This document shows positions 29,448 to 39,934 of a stretch of DNA of 64,000 bases, one piece after another (the stretch's first letter is position 1; the number at the start of each line of letters is the position of its first letter). Source of the DNA: an uncultured Desulfosarcina sp. (lineage in GTDB: Bacteria > Desulfobacterota > Desulfobacteria > Desulfobacterales > Desulfosarcinaceae); assembly GCA_963674945.2 (NCBI GenBank), contig CAXXWQ010000004.1:2496001-2560000 (forward strand), in the 5' to 3' direction. A model generated the notes under the pieces. That model saw only the letters and a program-made list of their open reading frames with translations. It did no database searches and was not told the origin of the DNA. Position numbers and translations under genes: made by a program.

Positions 29448-29945
29448 TTATGCTATTGATTTTGCGATTTGCATAGCCAGTTCTTCCTGATTGAATTGAT
29501 TGCAATTAATCGTAACTTCGGCATATTTTTTATATAGAATCTGACGCTCTTTGAAAAGATCATAAAATGTTTGATCCTTCGCCTTCGCGATTCCTCTTGT
29601 GGAAAAATTACGAATTCTCTTTTTTATTTCTTCAAAATCAACTTCAAGAAATATTATTTTTGATATATTTCGCAGGTGGGCCATTGCTTTTTCACTATAT
29701 GCCGCACTTCCTCCGGTGGCGATAACATGGTTATGTATATTTAATTTGAGAATTTCCTTTTTTTCGATCATTCTTAAATTATAATGATCCGTCTCATCGA
29801 TTATTTGTTGCAGCGTCTTTTGCTGATTAATCTGAATCAGTACATCGGTGTCGATAAAGCCCAATCCTAAATTTTTTGCCAATATTATTCCGATCGTACT
29901 TTTTCCTGCACCAGGCATACCGATAAGCGTTATATTTGATTTCAT
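29448..29945 (-). CDS. aroK: Shikimate kinase
   Basis: LIGMPGAGKSTIG, FIDTD, VIATGGS and ER..LY motifs. Confidence 0.85.
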   Translation of the reverse strand: MKSNITLIGMPGAGKSTIGIILAKNLGLGFIDTDVLIQINQQKTLQQIIDETDHYNLRMIEKKEILKLNIHNHVIATGGSAAYSEKAMAHLRNISKIIFLEVDFEEIKKRIRNFSTRGIAKAKDQTFYDLFKERQILYKKYAEVTINCNQFNQEELAMQIAKSIA

Positions 29946-30014
29946 ACGTAATCTCTCAACATCGGTTTTCTTTTCCAAAGAAAAATCATAGAAAAATGAT
30001 GGATATGTTTTTTT

Positions 30015-32519
30015 TCATTGCGCGGCATTTCCTCTACAGATATTGGATTCAAAATCCCGGAAATTCCTCTCCAATTCGTCGTCGCCGAAATAGGGATGAA
30101 GTACCCGAGTCATCGTCATTACCGTACACGCCCTTTTTGTTTCACCAATTTGGTGGAGAGCGACGGCAGTTCGATACCGCGATTGGAACCAGTAGTATGT
30201 GCCCTCTTCTACGCCGTCTGAAAATTTCCGCCAGGCTTGAAGGGCCTTGCGCCACTGCCCCTTCCGCTCATAGATCAGCCCGAAACCATATACGGCGTCA
30301 GCGGATCGCCTGTTTCTTTCCAGAACATTTGAGTATAATTCCGCTGCTCGGTCGATGCGGTTTTCCTGCATGCAGATTTCGGCCATTCTCAGCGCAATGG
30401 ATTCGCAATCATTTGCATATGCGGCATCTTCCATTGAAATGGTGCCGAGCTTTTCATATATCGCCAGTGCTGCCAGGGCAAAACGGCTTGATAGGCGCTT
30501 TTCTGCTTTTGTGGAGGTTTTTTTCGATTTGGTGTAAAAACTGTTTGCCAGCGCATGCAGTTGGGCATATCGCAACGGATCGATGAGCGTGGTGCCCATG
30601 AAGCGGTCGACCTCCGTTTCAAAATGTTTTTCTCGTTGAAGCAATACGTAAAACTCGATTCTCAATTTGGCCGCCTCCGAAAATAGGCGCGTTTTTTCCG
30701 GATATCGCTGTTCAAATCCTTGAACCAGTCGAAGACCGCTCTCCCAGGCGTTCGCCTTTCCATGAAGGTAAAATTTCGCCTGGAGGACGGCCATGTAAGG
30801 TTGCAGCTTTTCCCAATTGACGGCAGCCTCTTCACCATCGGGTGCTGCCCGGCGACATTCATCGATCAAAAAGAGCCCTTCACGGTAGATGCGCATCTTT
30901 TCTTCTGCGTTTACGCTCCCCTTTTTTGAGAATCCATCGAGGCATTTGAGGCATGATTCCAGGACATAATACTTCGCCTGGAAAAAATTGGGCGAATCAT
31001 CCTTGACGGCTGAGAATTCATTTATTGCCCGATCGTATTTTCCAAACTTCTGATAGTGTCTGCCCAGCTGAAAACGTAGTTCGCTTCGGGCCTCACAGCC
31101 GTCGCAGACTTCCAGATACTTCTGAATCGCCGCAATATAGACTTCGTAGGCGCCGTCTTGTCCATTTTCTTTGTACAATTTTGAAGCGGCAGTGTAATAC
31201 AGGACCCCCGCCTCCTTTGCCAGCCGCGAATCAGAAAAATCCTCGTGAAATCCGTCCAGAAGCTTCACCACCTCCTGCCATTGCTGTTTTACATAAAAAA
31301 TGGTGGCAGTACGAAACTTCAGACGGTCCAGGGCCTGATTGAATGGCAGGGGCATGTCCCTTAGCAGTTGTCGGTAATAAAAAAGCGCATTGTCATAATC
31401 TTTTTTATCGAAAAAACAGTCGCCGATGGCCATGGTCGCAACCGGTCCCAGTTCGCTGTAAGGCAGATTTGCGAGTTGATCCGCAATCGTCTGAACATAC
31501 CGGTAGAATTGTTTGTTAATTCTTTTATTTTGTACCGCCAGTGGCCTCATTTCGTTGAAGGCACTTGCAGATCTTGAATCGACGTCCTTCGCTGTATCAC
31601 CGCCTTGTTCCGATTTTTTCATAATTTGCGATAGTTGTATGTTCGCTCGAAGATCATCTACGCCGTAGTTCATGCTTTCCGGCATACTGTCTTTGGGAAA
31701 CACCTCGTGAATCTTATCCAGCTTGCCAAGGGCCAGTCTGAAATTTCCGGTATCATAACTGATGGATGCCTCCTCGAAAAGACATTTTGCGTACAGCAAA
31801 TCCTCTTTTTTGCTAAGATCCTTCACCGTTTTGAAATCATACAGTGCATTCTGAAAATCCTTGCGCTGTTTATAACAAAGACCTCGCCCATAAAGGCTCT
31901 TTGCAATGACCGTTTCCTCTTCAAAATCGATGAACGCCCTGCTGAACCCATCGATTGCTTCCATTAGCATTCGTTTTCTTTCAGGATCACTTTCCGGGAT
32001 GACAAGACTCGCATAATACCCGTTCCATCCCAGACAATAGCTGGAAATGGAAATCAACTGCCGAGGATCCTGCCAGTGGGGTGTTTGAAAAAATGCCAGC
32101 GGGTCCTCCAGGGTATCTAGTACGGCCTCCTGAAGATACACTATTTTTTCCTCATTGATGGTGAGAATTTTTTTGATAATATCCTCGTTTTTCATGAAAA
32201 GGGCTTTCCCGGACTGTCTGACCGTATTCGCATCGTATGCTTCCATGCGGCAAAGATATGCCAGTCGGCTGATGCATTCTCCGGCCCTGGCAAGGATATT
32301 CTTTTGAAACGCGGATGTGAATGTGTCGTTCCCAACGGCGTCGGCGGCACTTGTTTTCACTACCGAAAGAGCCGCTTGCATCTCTTCAAAGGAATCAATC
32401 TGATCGACCTTGAGGTCATCCAGGGTGCCGGCCTCTCTGTGGTAACCTGATACCAACGCCAGAGGAAGGATTATGAAAACAGGCAGCCAGCGAAGGGTTT
32501 TTCGAACGCGCGTTTTCAT
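30015..32519 (-). CDS. Large secreted/membrane-anchored TPR-repeat protein
   Basis: N-terminal hydrophobic segment; repeated helical TPR motifs (SLYGRGLCY, LRFQLGRHY, AVYGFGLIY). Confidence 0.8.
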   Translation of the reverse strand: MKTRVRKTLRWLPVFIILPLALVSGYHREAGTLDDLKVDQIDSFEEMQAALSVVKTSAADAVGNDTFTSAFQKNILARAGECISRLAYLCRMEAYDANTVRQSGKALFMKNEDIIKKILTINEEKIVYLQEAVLDTLEDPLAFFQTPHWQDPRQLISISSYCLGWNGYYASLVIPESDPERKRMLMEAIDGFSRAFIDFEEETVIAKSLYGRGLCYKQRKDFQNALYDFKTVKDLSKKEDLLYAKCLFEEASISYDTGNFRLALGKLDKIHEVFPKDSMPESMNYGVDDLRANIQLSQIMKKSEQGGDTAKDVDSRSASAFNEMRPLAVQNKRINKQFYRYVQTIADQLANLPYSELGPVATMAIGDCFFDKKDYDNALFYYRQLLRDMPLPFNQALDRLKFRTATIFYVKQQWQEVVKLLDGFHEDFSDSRLAKEAGVLYYTAASKLYKENGQDGAYEVYIAAIQKYLEVCDGCEARSELRFQLGRHYQKFGKYDRAINEFSAVKDDSPNFFQAKYYVLESCLKCLDGFSKKGSVNAEEKMRIYREGLFLIDECRRAAPDGEEAAVNWEKLQPYMAVLQAKFYLHGKANAWESGLRLVQGFEQRYPEKTRLFSEAAKLRIEFYVLLQREKHFETEVDRFMGTTLIDPLRYAQLHALANSFYTKSKKTSTKAEKRLSSRFALAALAIYEKLGTISMEDAAYANDCESIALRMAEICMQENRIDRAAELYSNVLERNRRSADAVYGFGLIYERKGQWRKALQAWRKFSDGVEEGTYYWFQSRYRTAVALHQIGETKRACTVMTMTRVLHPYFGDDELERNFRDFESNICRGNAAQ

Positions 32520-32547
32520 AGGTGCAGACTATCGTGATAGTTTAAAA

Positions 32548-32703
32548 TTGACGGATTCGTAAAAAGTCCGATATCGGCGTTACGCTTCATCCTTCGTCAC
32601 TGCGGAGTACGATCTGTACGCCTCATTCCTTAAGGATTTGCAAGCCTTGATCTCGGGCTTTTTACGAATCCGTACGAACAGCGACTATTTACGAGATCAT
32701 CAA
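32548..32703. repeat. MITE/REP-like element, family 1 (156 bp)
   Basis: ttgacggattcgtaaaaagtcc ... gctttttacgaatccgta-cgaacagcg-actatttacgagatcatcaa. Confidence 0.92.
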
Positions 32704-32713
32704 AGTGCAATTC

Positions 32714-33139
32714 TCATGATATGCTGAAGACGATATCTTTCTTGTGCGATTTCAGGCACGTATTATATACACCGATAACATGTTCATAGGGAACATTGTC
32801 GCCCGGCTCTATCACCAGCAGAATGTCTTCCGGCAGCTGGTCAAGATAGTACAGCAGGTCCACGTATGTCCTCACTACCCGTTCCTGCAGGAAAATCTCG
32901 AGACCGCCGCTTTCCTTGGCCATTTTGATGCGTAGCCTTACCGTCTCCCAGTCCTTGGTGGGGTCTTCGCTTTCCTCGTTGCCGATCTGCGGCAGCCGGT
33001 TTTCCAGGATGAGCGCCGGCTTCTGAAAATTGAAGGTCATCAAAAAAAATATCATCAGAAGAAAAATAACGTCGATGAGCGGCGTCATGTTGTTTGAAAA
33101 CCGGTTTTTCGGCGTATTGCTTTTCGACCGGAGTATCAT
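32714..33139 (-). CDS. exbD: ExbD/TolR family protein
   Basis: NMTPLIDVIFLLMIFF motif. Confidence 0.9.
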   Translation of the reverse strand: MILRSKSNTPKNRFSNNMTPLIDVIFLLMIFFLMTFNFQKPALILENRLPQIGNEESEDPTKDWETVRLRIKMAKESGGLEIFLQERVVRTYVDLLYYLDQLPEDILLVIEPGDNVPYEHVIGVYNTCLKSHKKDIVFSIS

Positions 33140-33579
33140 TCTGCCTCTTTTCTCACCAGGGGATCGGGAACTCCATCGATGGTAGCGAATTCAATTTTTT
33201 CGATGTGCAAAAGGGCCAGATGGAAAAGGACTTTTTTGACCACCGCATAGTCCACATCGTTATTTGCGCGTATCTGAACGGTGATATCCCGCGTGTCCAC
33301 ACGCCCCTTAACAATGTCGGGCAGTTCAGACAGGTAAAGCCGCTGTCGCTGCCAGAACATAAGGTCTTCGGACTTGATGGTAATGGGAATTTTCAGCCTG
33401 TTTTCCACATGGCGTTTGGTTGCCTCGTCGGCCTTGGGTAAATTGACGGCACGCAGGTGGACCTCGGAAAAGTTGATCATGATAATAAAGAATATGATGA
33501 TCAGAAATACCACATCGATCAGCGGTGTCATGTTTACAAAAAGAGCGGCCCAAGGCCTTTTCCGATAAGCGCGCATCAT
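33136..33579 (-). CDS. exbD: ExbD/TolR family protein
   Basis: NMTPLIDVVFLIIIFF and VNLPKA motifs. Confidence 0.9.
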   Translation of the reverse strand: MMRAYRKRPWAALFVNMTPLIDVVFLIIIFFIIMINFSEVHLRAVNLPKADEATKRHVENRLKIPITIKSEDLMFWQRQRLYLSELPDIVKGRVDTRDITVQIRANNDVDYAVVKKVLFHLALLHIEKIEFATIDGVPDPLVRKEAE

Positions 33580-34403
33580 GACATTTTACCCGTTGGCTTG
33601 AATCCGGAAATAAGCTGCTCGGCTTTCATCGACGCTTCTCCGGAAAATTCATCGACGCGATTTCGGAACAACGCATAACAGTAAAGGGCCGGAATGGCGA
33701 CAATCAGTCCCATGCAAGTGGTGACGAGGGCTTCGAATATTCCGGCAGCCAACTGTCTTGGCTCGATGGCGCCGGTCATGTGCGCGATCTCGTTGAAGCA
33801 TCGCAACATCCCGATCACGGTGCCGAGGAGCCCCATCATGGGGGAGATGTTGCCGATAACATTAAGGTGTTCGGTCTTGCGTGCGATGCCGCTTGCCAGA
33901 GCCTCTCCCGTATCCTCCATGGCCTTGATCATGGCCTGATAGCCGTTGGACGATTCTCTGAGGCCGGCCACGGTTACCCTGGCAAGAAAGGACTTCCTTC
34001 GTTTCTCGAAAGTAATGATGGCCTCTTCGGTGGGGTCTTTCACCAACTCCTGCAATAAAAGGATGTCTTTGGAGGGGAGGATGTTTCCCCGACGTATGGT
34101 AACGCGGTAACTGATAATCAACCCAAGCGAAATGACCGATAGCAGGATGATTGTGTACCCGACGACCCCGCCCTTTTTAATGAGATCGAAAAGGTTGCTT
34201 TCTTCCATTTGCCGGTCCGTCATAAAAACCGGCTTGGCAGGCGAAACGACTTGTGAAGTCGAAGCCTTATCCGGCACCGTTTCTTTTTCCATGTCCAGGG
34301 ATATGAGGTCTGTGGATTTTTCCTTACAGAAAGAGACAGAAGAGGGTACAAGCAGTGTTGAAAAAAAAACGAGTGTGAAAACGCACAATGCGTGCCTGTA
34401 CAT
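33576..34403 (-). CDS. exbB: MotA/TolQ/ExbB proton channel protein with N-terminal extension
   Basis: SPMMGLLGTVIGM and GIFEALVTTCMGLIVAIP motifs; GGAGG before ATG 34403. Confidence 0.9.
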   Translation of the reverse strand: MYRHALCVFTLVFFSTLLVPSSVSFCKEKSTDLISLDMEKETVPDKASTSQVVSPAKPVFMTDRQMEESNLFDLIKKGGVVGYTIILLSVISLGLIISYRVTIRRGNILPSKDILLLQELVKDPTEEAIITFEKRRKSFLARVTVAGLRESSNGYQAMIKAMEDTGEALASGIARKTEHLNVIGNISPMMGLLGTVIGMLRCFNEIAHMTGAIEPRQLAAGIFEALVTTCMGLIVAIPALYCYALFRNRVDEFSGEASMKAEQLISGFKPTGKMS

Positions 34404-34417
34404 AGGTGCCTCCATTC

Positions 34418-35581
34418 CTATAAGTTCTTCATAAACTCGGTTAGATACATCTCCCACCGCAGGCCGAATATCAGCAGCATCATCTTTTTTACGACGACTT
34501 CTTCGTTTCCCAAACGTGCAGACGCTCCGCGGCCCGCCTGGGCGAGCATGCGGAATTCATCCATGACATCTTGGCTGCCCGCCGAATGACGATAGTGTTC
34601 CGAACAAAATTTCGGATCGCCCGAAGGCAGCATTGTCTGCAGGTGTTCGGTGCCCCTGGTATCCAGAACCGCTACGGTACCGCCCATCTCCTGTCGGAAC
34701 CGATCCACCAGTTCCAAAGTGTTCGACATGTCCTTTTGATGCGGTGGCGCATCGCCGATGATGAGAATGAATTTCTTTGATTCTTCGTTCCAGTCAATTT
34801 CCTCCACGGCTGCGGTCAGTCCCTCAAAAACCGCCTCGGCACGGTCCGCGCCTCCCTTCGGCGCGATGTCCGAAAGAAAGTCGAAGAAGGAAGTAATGCC
34901 GTAGGTCAAAGGATGAACGCGGGTCACAAACTCTGACTCCTCATCCACATCCCGATAGGCAACGAGCCCGATTCTACAGGTGGGAACCAGTTTCTTAAAT
35001 GCCTCGGCCAGGCCCTCAATCTTTTGTTTTACCTCGAATAAAAAACTTTGCATGCTCGCGGTGGCGTCGAACACGAAGACAACATCAAGCCCCCCTTTTC
35101 TGAGGACCTGGATATGCCTTGAAAACGACCCCGCAAACGTTTCCGGCCCGGTGTAGCGTGGCCGACGCCCGGTGGAGGGATTTACCCACTGGTGATCCAT
35201 GGCGGCGGCCTCGATACTGATGATGCCCAGCTTCTCGCTTATACTGGCATTGGGATAAAAAGCCACTTCAGGCGTAACGGCCCGGTATTCGATCTCGGGA
35301 AGTGAATAGGCCATCTTATCATCGGTTCTGAATGAATCGAGCCGGTCCGTCCCTTGAAATTTCAGGCCGTCATCCCGTCTTCCGTCAAGTATAATCCTTG
35401 CCGGCAGATCTTCATTTGAACTGGCATCCCGGCCGAACCGCCAGGTTACGCTTTTTGAGAGATAGAGGACGCCCGTATGAAAACTGAGGGAAAGCAAAAA
35501 GGGAAGCGATGCCAGGACAAAGACAAATGCAATCGAGAAGCGCTTAAGTAGAGAATTTGAATTCTGTGTTGGTGATGACAA
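34418..35581 (-). CDS. Membrane-anchored VWA-domain protein
   Basis: LDVVFVFDATASM (MIDAS-like), IGLVAYRD and IIGDAPPH motifs. Confidence 0.88.
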   Translation of the reverse strand: MSSPTQNSNSLLKRFSIAFVFVLASLPFLLSLSFHTGVLYLSKSVTWRFGRDASSNEDLPARIILDGRRDDGLKFQGTDRLDSFRTDDKMAYSLPEIEYRAVTPEVAFYPNASISEKLGIISIEAAAMDHQWVNPSTGRRPRYTGPETFAGSFSRHIQVLRKGGLDVVFVFDATASMQSFLFEVKQKIEGLAEAFKKLVPTCRIGLVAYRDVDEESEFVTRVHPLTYGITSFFDFLSDIAPKGGADRAEAVFEGLTAAVEEIDWNEESKKFILIIGDAPPHQKDMSNTLELVDRFRQEMGGTVAVLDTRGTEHLQTMLPSGDPKFCSEHYRHSAGSQDVMDEFRMLAQAGRGASARLGNEEVVVKKMMLLIFGLRWEMYLTEFMKNL

Positions 35582-36180
35582 TTTATACTCGCCTTCTAGG
35601 AAACTCGTTTATCAATACAAATCAAGCATCACTTTTTATAAAAACAGAATAAAAAATCCGGGACTTCCCCATTTTCTCTAACGGGTTTTACCTGAATGCT
35701 GATACAAGAAAGCTGGAAGTGCCTTCAAACCATTTCAAAATATTCTTTTTACCCAATATCTTTACTTTTGAGATGGCTTGTACTCTGTGCCGAAGATTGT
35801 ATCGTCGCGTTGACAAATTCTACCTTGGCATCAAATGAAACTAAAACAAATTTTGTTAATTGATTGAAAATTATTTTAAACAATTCCCACCATGATCTCA
35901 AGCCTTTTTTCATTTGAACCGCTTCGAATAGCAAAAAGGTTCTTGCGGTCAATACGTACTTTTTGGAAAATAGTCGATCGTGTCCGGGACCGACTTCGCA
36001 ACACCTTCTTTTGAAAGGGAGAGGAAGCAAAAAGATACAGTTTTTCAATACACTGAAAGACCTTGAGAATCTCGATCCGTAGAATTACCGGAATGTCTTG
36101 ACTTCCGTTCTCAAATATAAAAGATATAATATAAGAAAAGGATAGAACCAACTGCATGGATATTCTTGAATGAGGTTTAC

Positions 36181-37281
36181 ATGTCCACAAAATTCAAGAA
36201 AAAGATCAATGGTCGAGTCATCGGCTTTATCTTTGTATTCTGGACCTTCTATGTGGTGGCATATGCTCTTTGCGCATATATAAATTTGGGGGGCGCTCCT
36301 TTAAAAAAATATCTCTTTGAGTCAGCGTACCAGCATATCTGGATGGCGTTCATCAGTATCGGTCTATGGTTTCTATGCAAAAGAATGCCCTTTGGGAGAT
36401 TTTCTTTTTGGCTTTTTCTTCTAATTCATTCCTTATTTGCCTGTCTTGCCACAATTGTCTGGTCCACAATCGTATTGGGATCTGCGTATCTTGCATTTGG
36501 TGATGACATTTACTACGCCGTACCTAATTTTCCTCGGTCGATTGCCTGGCAATTACTCTTTGGTATCATACTATATTTTATCATTACAGTAAGTTACTAT
36601 GCCATCATGTACTATCAGAACTTCAGGAAAAAAGAACTTGCCGAAACCAGACTCAAACTGCTTTCCAGAGACGCCGAATTAAGGGCGCTAAAGCTTCAGT
36701 TAAATCCCCATTTTCTTTTCAATTCTCTAAATTCAATCAACGCCATGGTCACGGCAAATCCGAAACAGGCCAGAAAAATGATTGCCCGTCTTTCAGATCT
36801 TTTGCGCATGGCGTTAGAGAGCCACGACCAACAAACAGTGCCTTTGCAGTATGAACTGGATTTTACCCATGCATACCTTGATATTGAAAAAATCCGATTT
36901 GAGGATAAGATGGATTATCAGGAACAGGTTGATCCGGAACTGTTGACAAAAACGGTGCCCGCAATGATGCTTCAGCCGTTGCTGGAGAATGCCGTTAAGC
37001 ACGGCATCACCAATCGTCTCGACGGCGGAACGGTTCGGCTGACCATCGCATCATCTACGGAACACGTGATTGTCGAGGTCCGCAATCCACTACACTCGAA
37101 ACAGTTTATCGATTCGAAGATGCTCGATGGTAATGGAACCGGTCTAAACAACTTGAAAGAGCGTCTTTATCAGCTCTATGGAGAAAACTATCAATTGGAC
37201 ATTGATGCCGATTATGGAAAAGAGTTCAAAATTTGTTTACAACTGCCGAATATGACGGAGGCTTGGAAACATGCCGATTAA
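36181..37281 (+). CDS. LytS/YehU-type sensor histidine kinase
   Basis: Four TM segments; LKLQLNPHFLFNSLN, LQPLLENAVKHG and GTGLNNLKERL motifs. Confidence 0.95.
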   Translation: MSTKFKKKINGRVIGFIFVFWTFYVVAYALCAYINLGGAPLKKYLFESAYQHIWMAFISIGLWFLCKRMPFGRFSFWLFLLIHSLFACLATIVWSTIVLGSAYLAFGDDIYYAVPNFPRSIAWQLLFGIILYFIITVSYYAIMYYQNFRKKELAETRLKLLSRDAELRALKLQLNPHFLFNSLNSINAMVTANPKQARKMIARLSDLLRMALESHDQQTVPLQYELDFTHAYLDIEKIRFEDKMDYQEQVDPELLTKTVPAMMLQPLLENAVKHGITNRLDGGTVRLTIASSTEHVIVEVRNPLHSKQFIDSKMLDGNGTGLNNLKERLYQLYGENYQLDIDADYGKEFKICLQLPNMTEAWKHAD

Positions 37282-38017
37282 AGCCGTTATCATCGATGAC
37301 GAAATCTGGGGCCGCAAAATTATCCGTGAATATGCCGCATCCCATCCTGATGTAAATATTGTTGCTGAATGCAAAGATGCCCATGAGGCGTTACATGCCG
37401 TAACGGTGCATGACCCTGAACTTCTCTTTTTAGACATACAGATGCCTGAAATCAACGGGTTTGAGTTCTTGGAATTATTGGAAGAAAAACCCCATGTCAT
37501 TTTTTCCACCGCCTTCGATGAATACGCCATCAAGGCATTTGAAATCAACGCGGTGGATTATCTGCTGAAACCGTTTGACCAGGAACGGTTTGATACGGCT
37601 TTGAACCGTGCAAAGGAAGATCTGAACAGCAAAGATGGATTGACCCCCAAACTGGAAGCGCTGTTAAACGGTCTGCCAAATGAACAGCATTACAGGGAAA
37701 GATTTTTGATCAAGGAATCCGGCCGGGTTATCATCTTAAAAAGCGATGACATCGTTTTTATTGAAGCCATGGATAATTATGTAAAAATTCATACGATCCA
37801 TAAAGGGCATCTGATACAAAACACCCTGACAAGCCTTGAAAGCAAATTAAACCCGGAAAAATTTGTCCGGGTTCATCGCTCCTATATTGTAAGCCTCGAT
37901 AAAATCACAGGAATCCACACGTCCACATCAGGTAAACATGTGGTTTATTTTAGTGATCGAACCCAAATTCCGGTGAGCCGATCGGGAATGAAGCGACTTA
38001 AGGATTTTGCCCTGTAG
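37271..38017 (+). CDS. LytTR family response regulator
   Basis: IIDDE, FLDIQMP, DYLLKP, FVRVHRSYIV and IPVSRS motifs. Confidence 0.95.
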   Translation: MPIKAVIIDDEIWGRKIIREYAASHPDVNIVAECKDAHEALHAVTVHDPELLFLDIQMPEINGFEFLELLEEKPHVIFSTAFDEYAIKAFEINAVDYLLKPFDQERFDTALNRAKEDLNSKDGLTPKLEALLNGLPNEQHYRERFLIKESGRVIILKSDDIVFIEAMDNYVKIHTIHKGHLIQNTLTSLESKLNPEKFVRVHRSYIVSLDKITGIHTSTSGKHVVYFSDRTQIPVSRSGMKRLKDFAL

Positions 38018-38095
38018 AGAAATCCCTGCCATAAAGTTGCTGTCGCTTCTTCCGTTGGCTGCTGCTTTCCGCTAAAGTGACGTTTACTCCTTAGA

Positions 38096-39859
38096 TTAAT
38101 ACCACTTAAAAAAATATAAGGCGTTTCTTGTGCTTTCAGGTAGAGACGAATATAACTCGATAAATTTGGATTCTACCTGGTCGGATGTGGTTTCTTCGTT
38201 GATCATATGAATATCGACATCCGTCTCATCGGCGTCAAAAACGATGCTTTTGTCCTCGCCATCCTGGTTTGACCATCGGTTCCAGTCAGGAAGGTGATCG
38301 CATTGAGGAATTTCGGTATGGGCAAAATTCTTAATATATTCCATCATTGCTTCCGAAAGCGCTTTTCTGCCGTGAGTGTCATGGTTAACGTTAAACACCC
38401 TGCCGCCGGATATGAAATGAAAACCGCTTCCGAAGAAAAATTGAATGTCCTCAAAATGTGCGGCACCCAAACAGAAGTTATAGGGGCTCCCATCCGGTCC
38501 GTCCCAGCTGAAAAGATAGGTATATACCTCATCCTGATGTTCGCTTAGCGTCCTGGCAATGTGGTCAACGAAATTATAGCGCCACATCAGGCTGCCGCCT
38601 ACTGCACATGCTTCATACAGGGCCTTATCATCCTGTGTCGGAAGGACATCGTCTACAGCAAGATCTCCGAAAGCTGCGCCAAAGATATCTCCCCATGTAT
38701 AGCTGCCCGATGGAATGGGATCGGTGATGCCAATTTCAGGATAATCCAAATAGGCTGTTTTTAAAAAAGTGCTGAAACTGGGAAGAATCAGCTTCATCTC
38801 ATATCTATTACTACCCAGGATAATCGGAACTTTGTTGTAATGTCCCGCTTGGAAAGATGCAATTTCTCCGACTTCAGGGATTACCGTGCCATCCTCACAA
38901 GGTGTTGCACTGTTCTTATCCACATATTCGTTGGCATTACCGAATCCTTCTATAAGTTCATAAGCTGTTTTTCCACGAAGATATGCCTCCACATCCTCCG
39001 GGTAGTCCATGGAGCCATCCCGATCCATGAGACGAAGGATGAAGTCCTCACAATTTTGATCCGCTTCATCTACAGGTATCGATTTGCCCATTGCACTCTG
39101 GGACATGGCTTTATGAAACAGGCCTTTGGCAAGAGGTGATGCAACACAACTTAAAACATTGTGCCCCCCTGCCGACTCTCCTGAAAGAAGGACATTGTCT
39201 GGATTTCCACCAAAGGCCTCGATATTTTCATTGATCCATTCCAACGCCTTGATCATATCCAGATTTCCGAAATTTCCCGATGCGTCAAGGCTGTCTTTGC
39301 CTTCTCTCATGTCCGGATGCGTCAGCCATCCAAAGGGACCGAGTCTGTATTGGAACGTTTCAAAAACCACATTGCTTTTCTTTACGACAGAAGGAGCAAG
39401 CAAATTATAATCATTTATCGCGCCTGCGGTATTTGCTCCGCCATGAATAAATACATAAACCGGCAGATTGCTATCTTGAGAATTCGGCCGATAGATATTC
39501 AGATACAAACAGTCCTCACTTCCGGTTATTGTATGTGTTGATGTAACCAGGTCCGTTTTATTCTGAACGCATGGGCTGCAATCCTCGGTGGCATCCCTTA
39601 TTTCCGTCCAGGGTTCCGGATCTTGGGGCGCCCTCCAGCGCAGTTCGCCCACAGGCGGTTTGGCATATGGAATGCTTTTCCAGATTGATATATTATTTGC
39701 CCTGTCCGTATATCCCATGACCTTTCCGTAGTTGGTCTCAACAACTTCGCTGGTATCTGTTACATTGCCCGTATCGTCATCGCCACAGGAATATACGGCA
39801 ATAAGGCAAAAACACAAAATCACGGACCGAAGCAAAAATGCAGCGCATTGTTTCCTCAT
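38096..39859 (-). CDS. Type-B carboxylesterase, probable lipoprotein
   Basis: Lipobox-like VYSC; IPYAKPPVGELRW, SEDCLYLNI, HGG, GESAGG and AAH motifs. Confidence 0.93.
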   Translation of the reverse strand: MRKQCAAFLLRSVILCFCLIAVYSCGDDDTGNVTDTSEVVETNYGKVMGYTDRANNISIWKSIPYAKPPVGELRWRAPQDPEPWTEIRDATEDCSPCVQNKTDLVTSTHTITGSEDCLYLNIYRPNSQDSNLPVYVFIHGGANTAGAINDYNLLAPSVVKKSNVVFETFQYRLGPFGWLTHPDMREGKDSLDASGNFGNLDMIKALEWINENIEAFGGNPDNVLLSGESAGGHNVLSCVASPLAKGLFHKAMSQSAMGKSIPVDEADQNCEDFILRLMDRDGSMDYPEDVEAYLRGKTAYELIEGFGNANEYVDKNSATPCEDGTVIPEVGEIASFQAGHYNKVPIILGSNRYEMKLILPSFSTFLKTAYLDYPEIGITDPIPSGSYTWGDIFGAAFGDLAVDDVLPTQDDKALYEACAVGGSLMWRYNFVDHIARTLSEHQDEVYTYLFSWDGPDGSPYNFCLGAAHFEDIQFFFGSGFHFISGGRVFNVNHDTHGRKALSEAMMEYIKNFAHTEIPQCDHLPDWNRWSNQDGEDKSIVFDADETDVDIHMINEETTSDQVESKFIELYSSLPESTRNALYFFKWY

Positions 39860-39934
39860 TACCGCCTCCTGATGCCTCTGGTATTATAGGAGTTGTTCTG
39901 TCCATGCGTTCATTCGTCCGACTGCAACCTGCGA

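Noticed and set aside
7897..32703. Family-1 repeats as a CRISPR array
   Set aside because: Copies are dispersed by kilobases, about 155 bp long, with no repeat-spacer periodicity and no cas genes.
35749..36190. Small ORFs between the VWA gene and the kinase
   Set aside because: AT-rich divergent promoter region; no recognisable motifs or convincing RBS.
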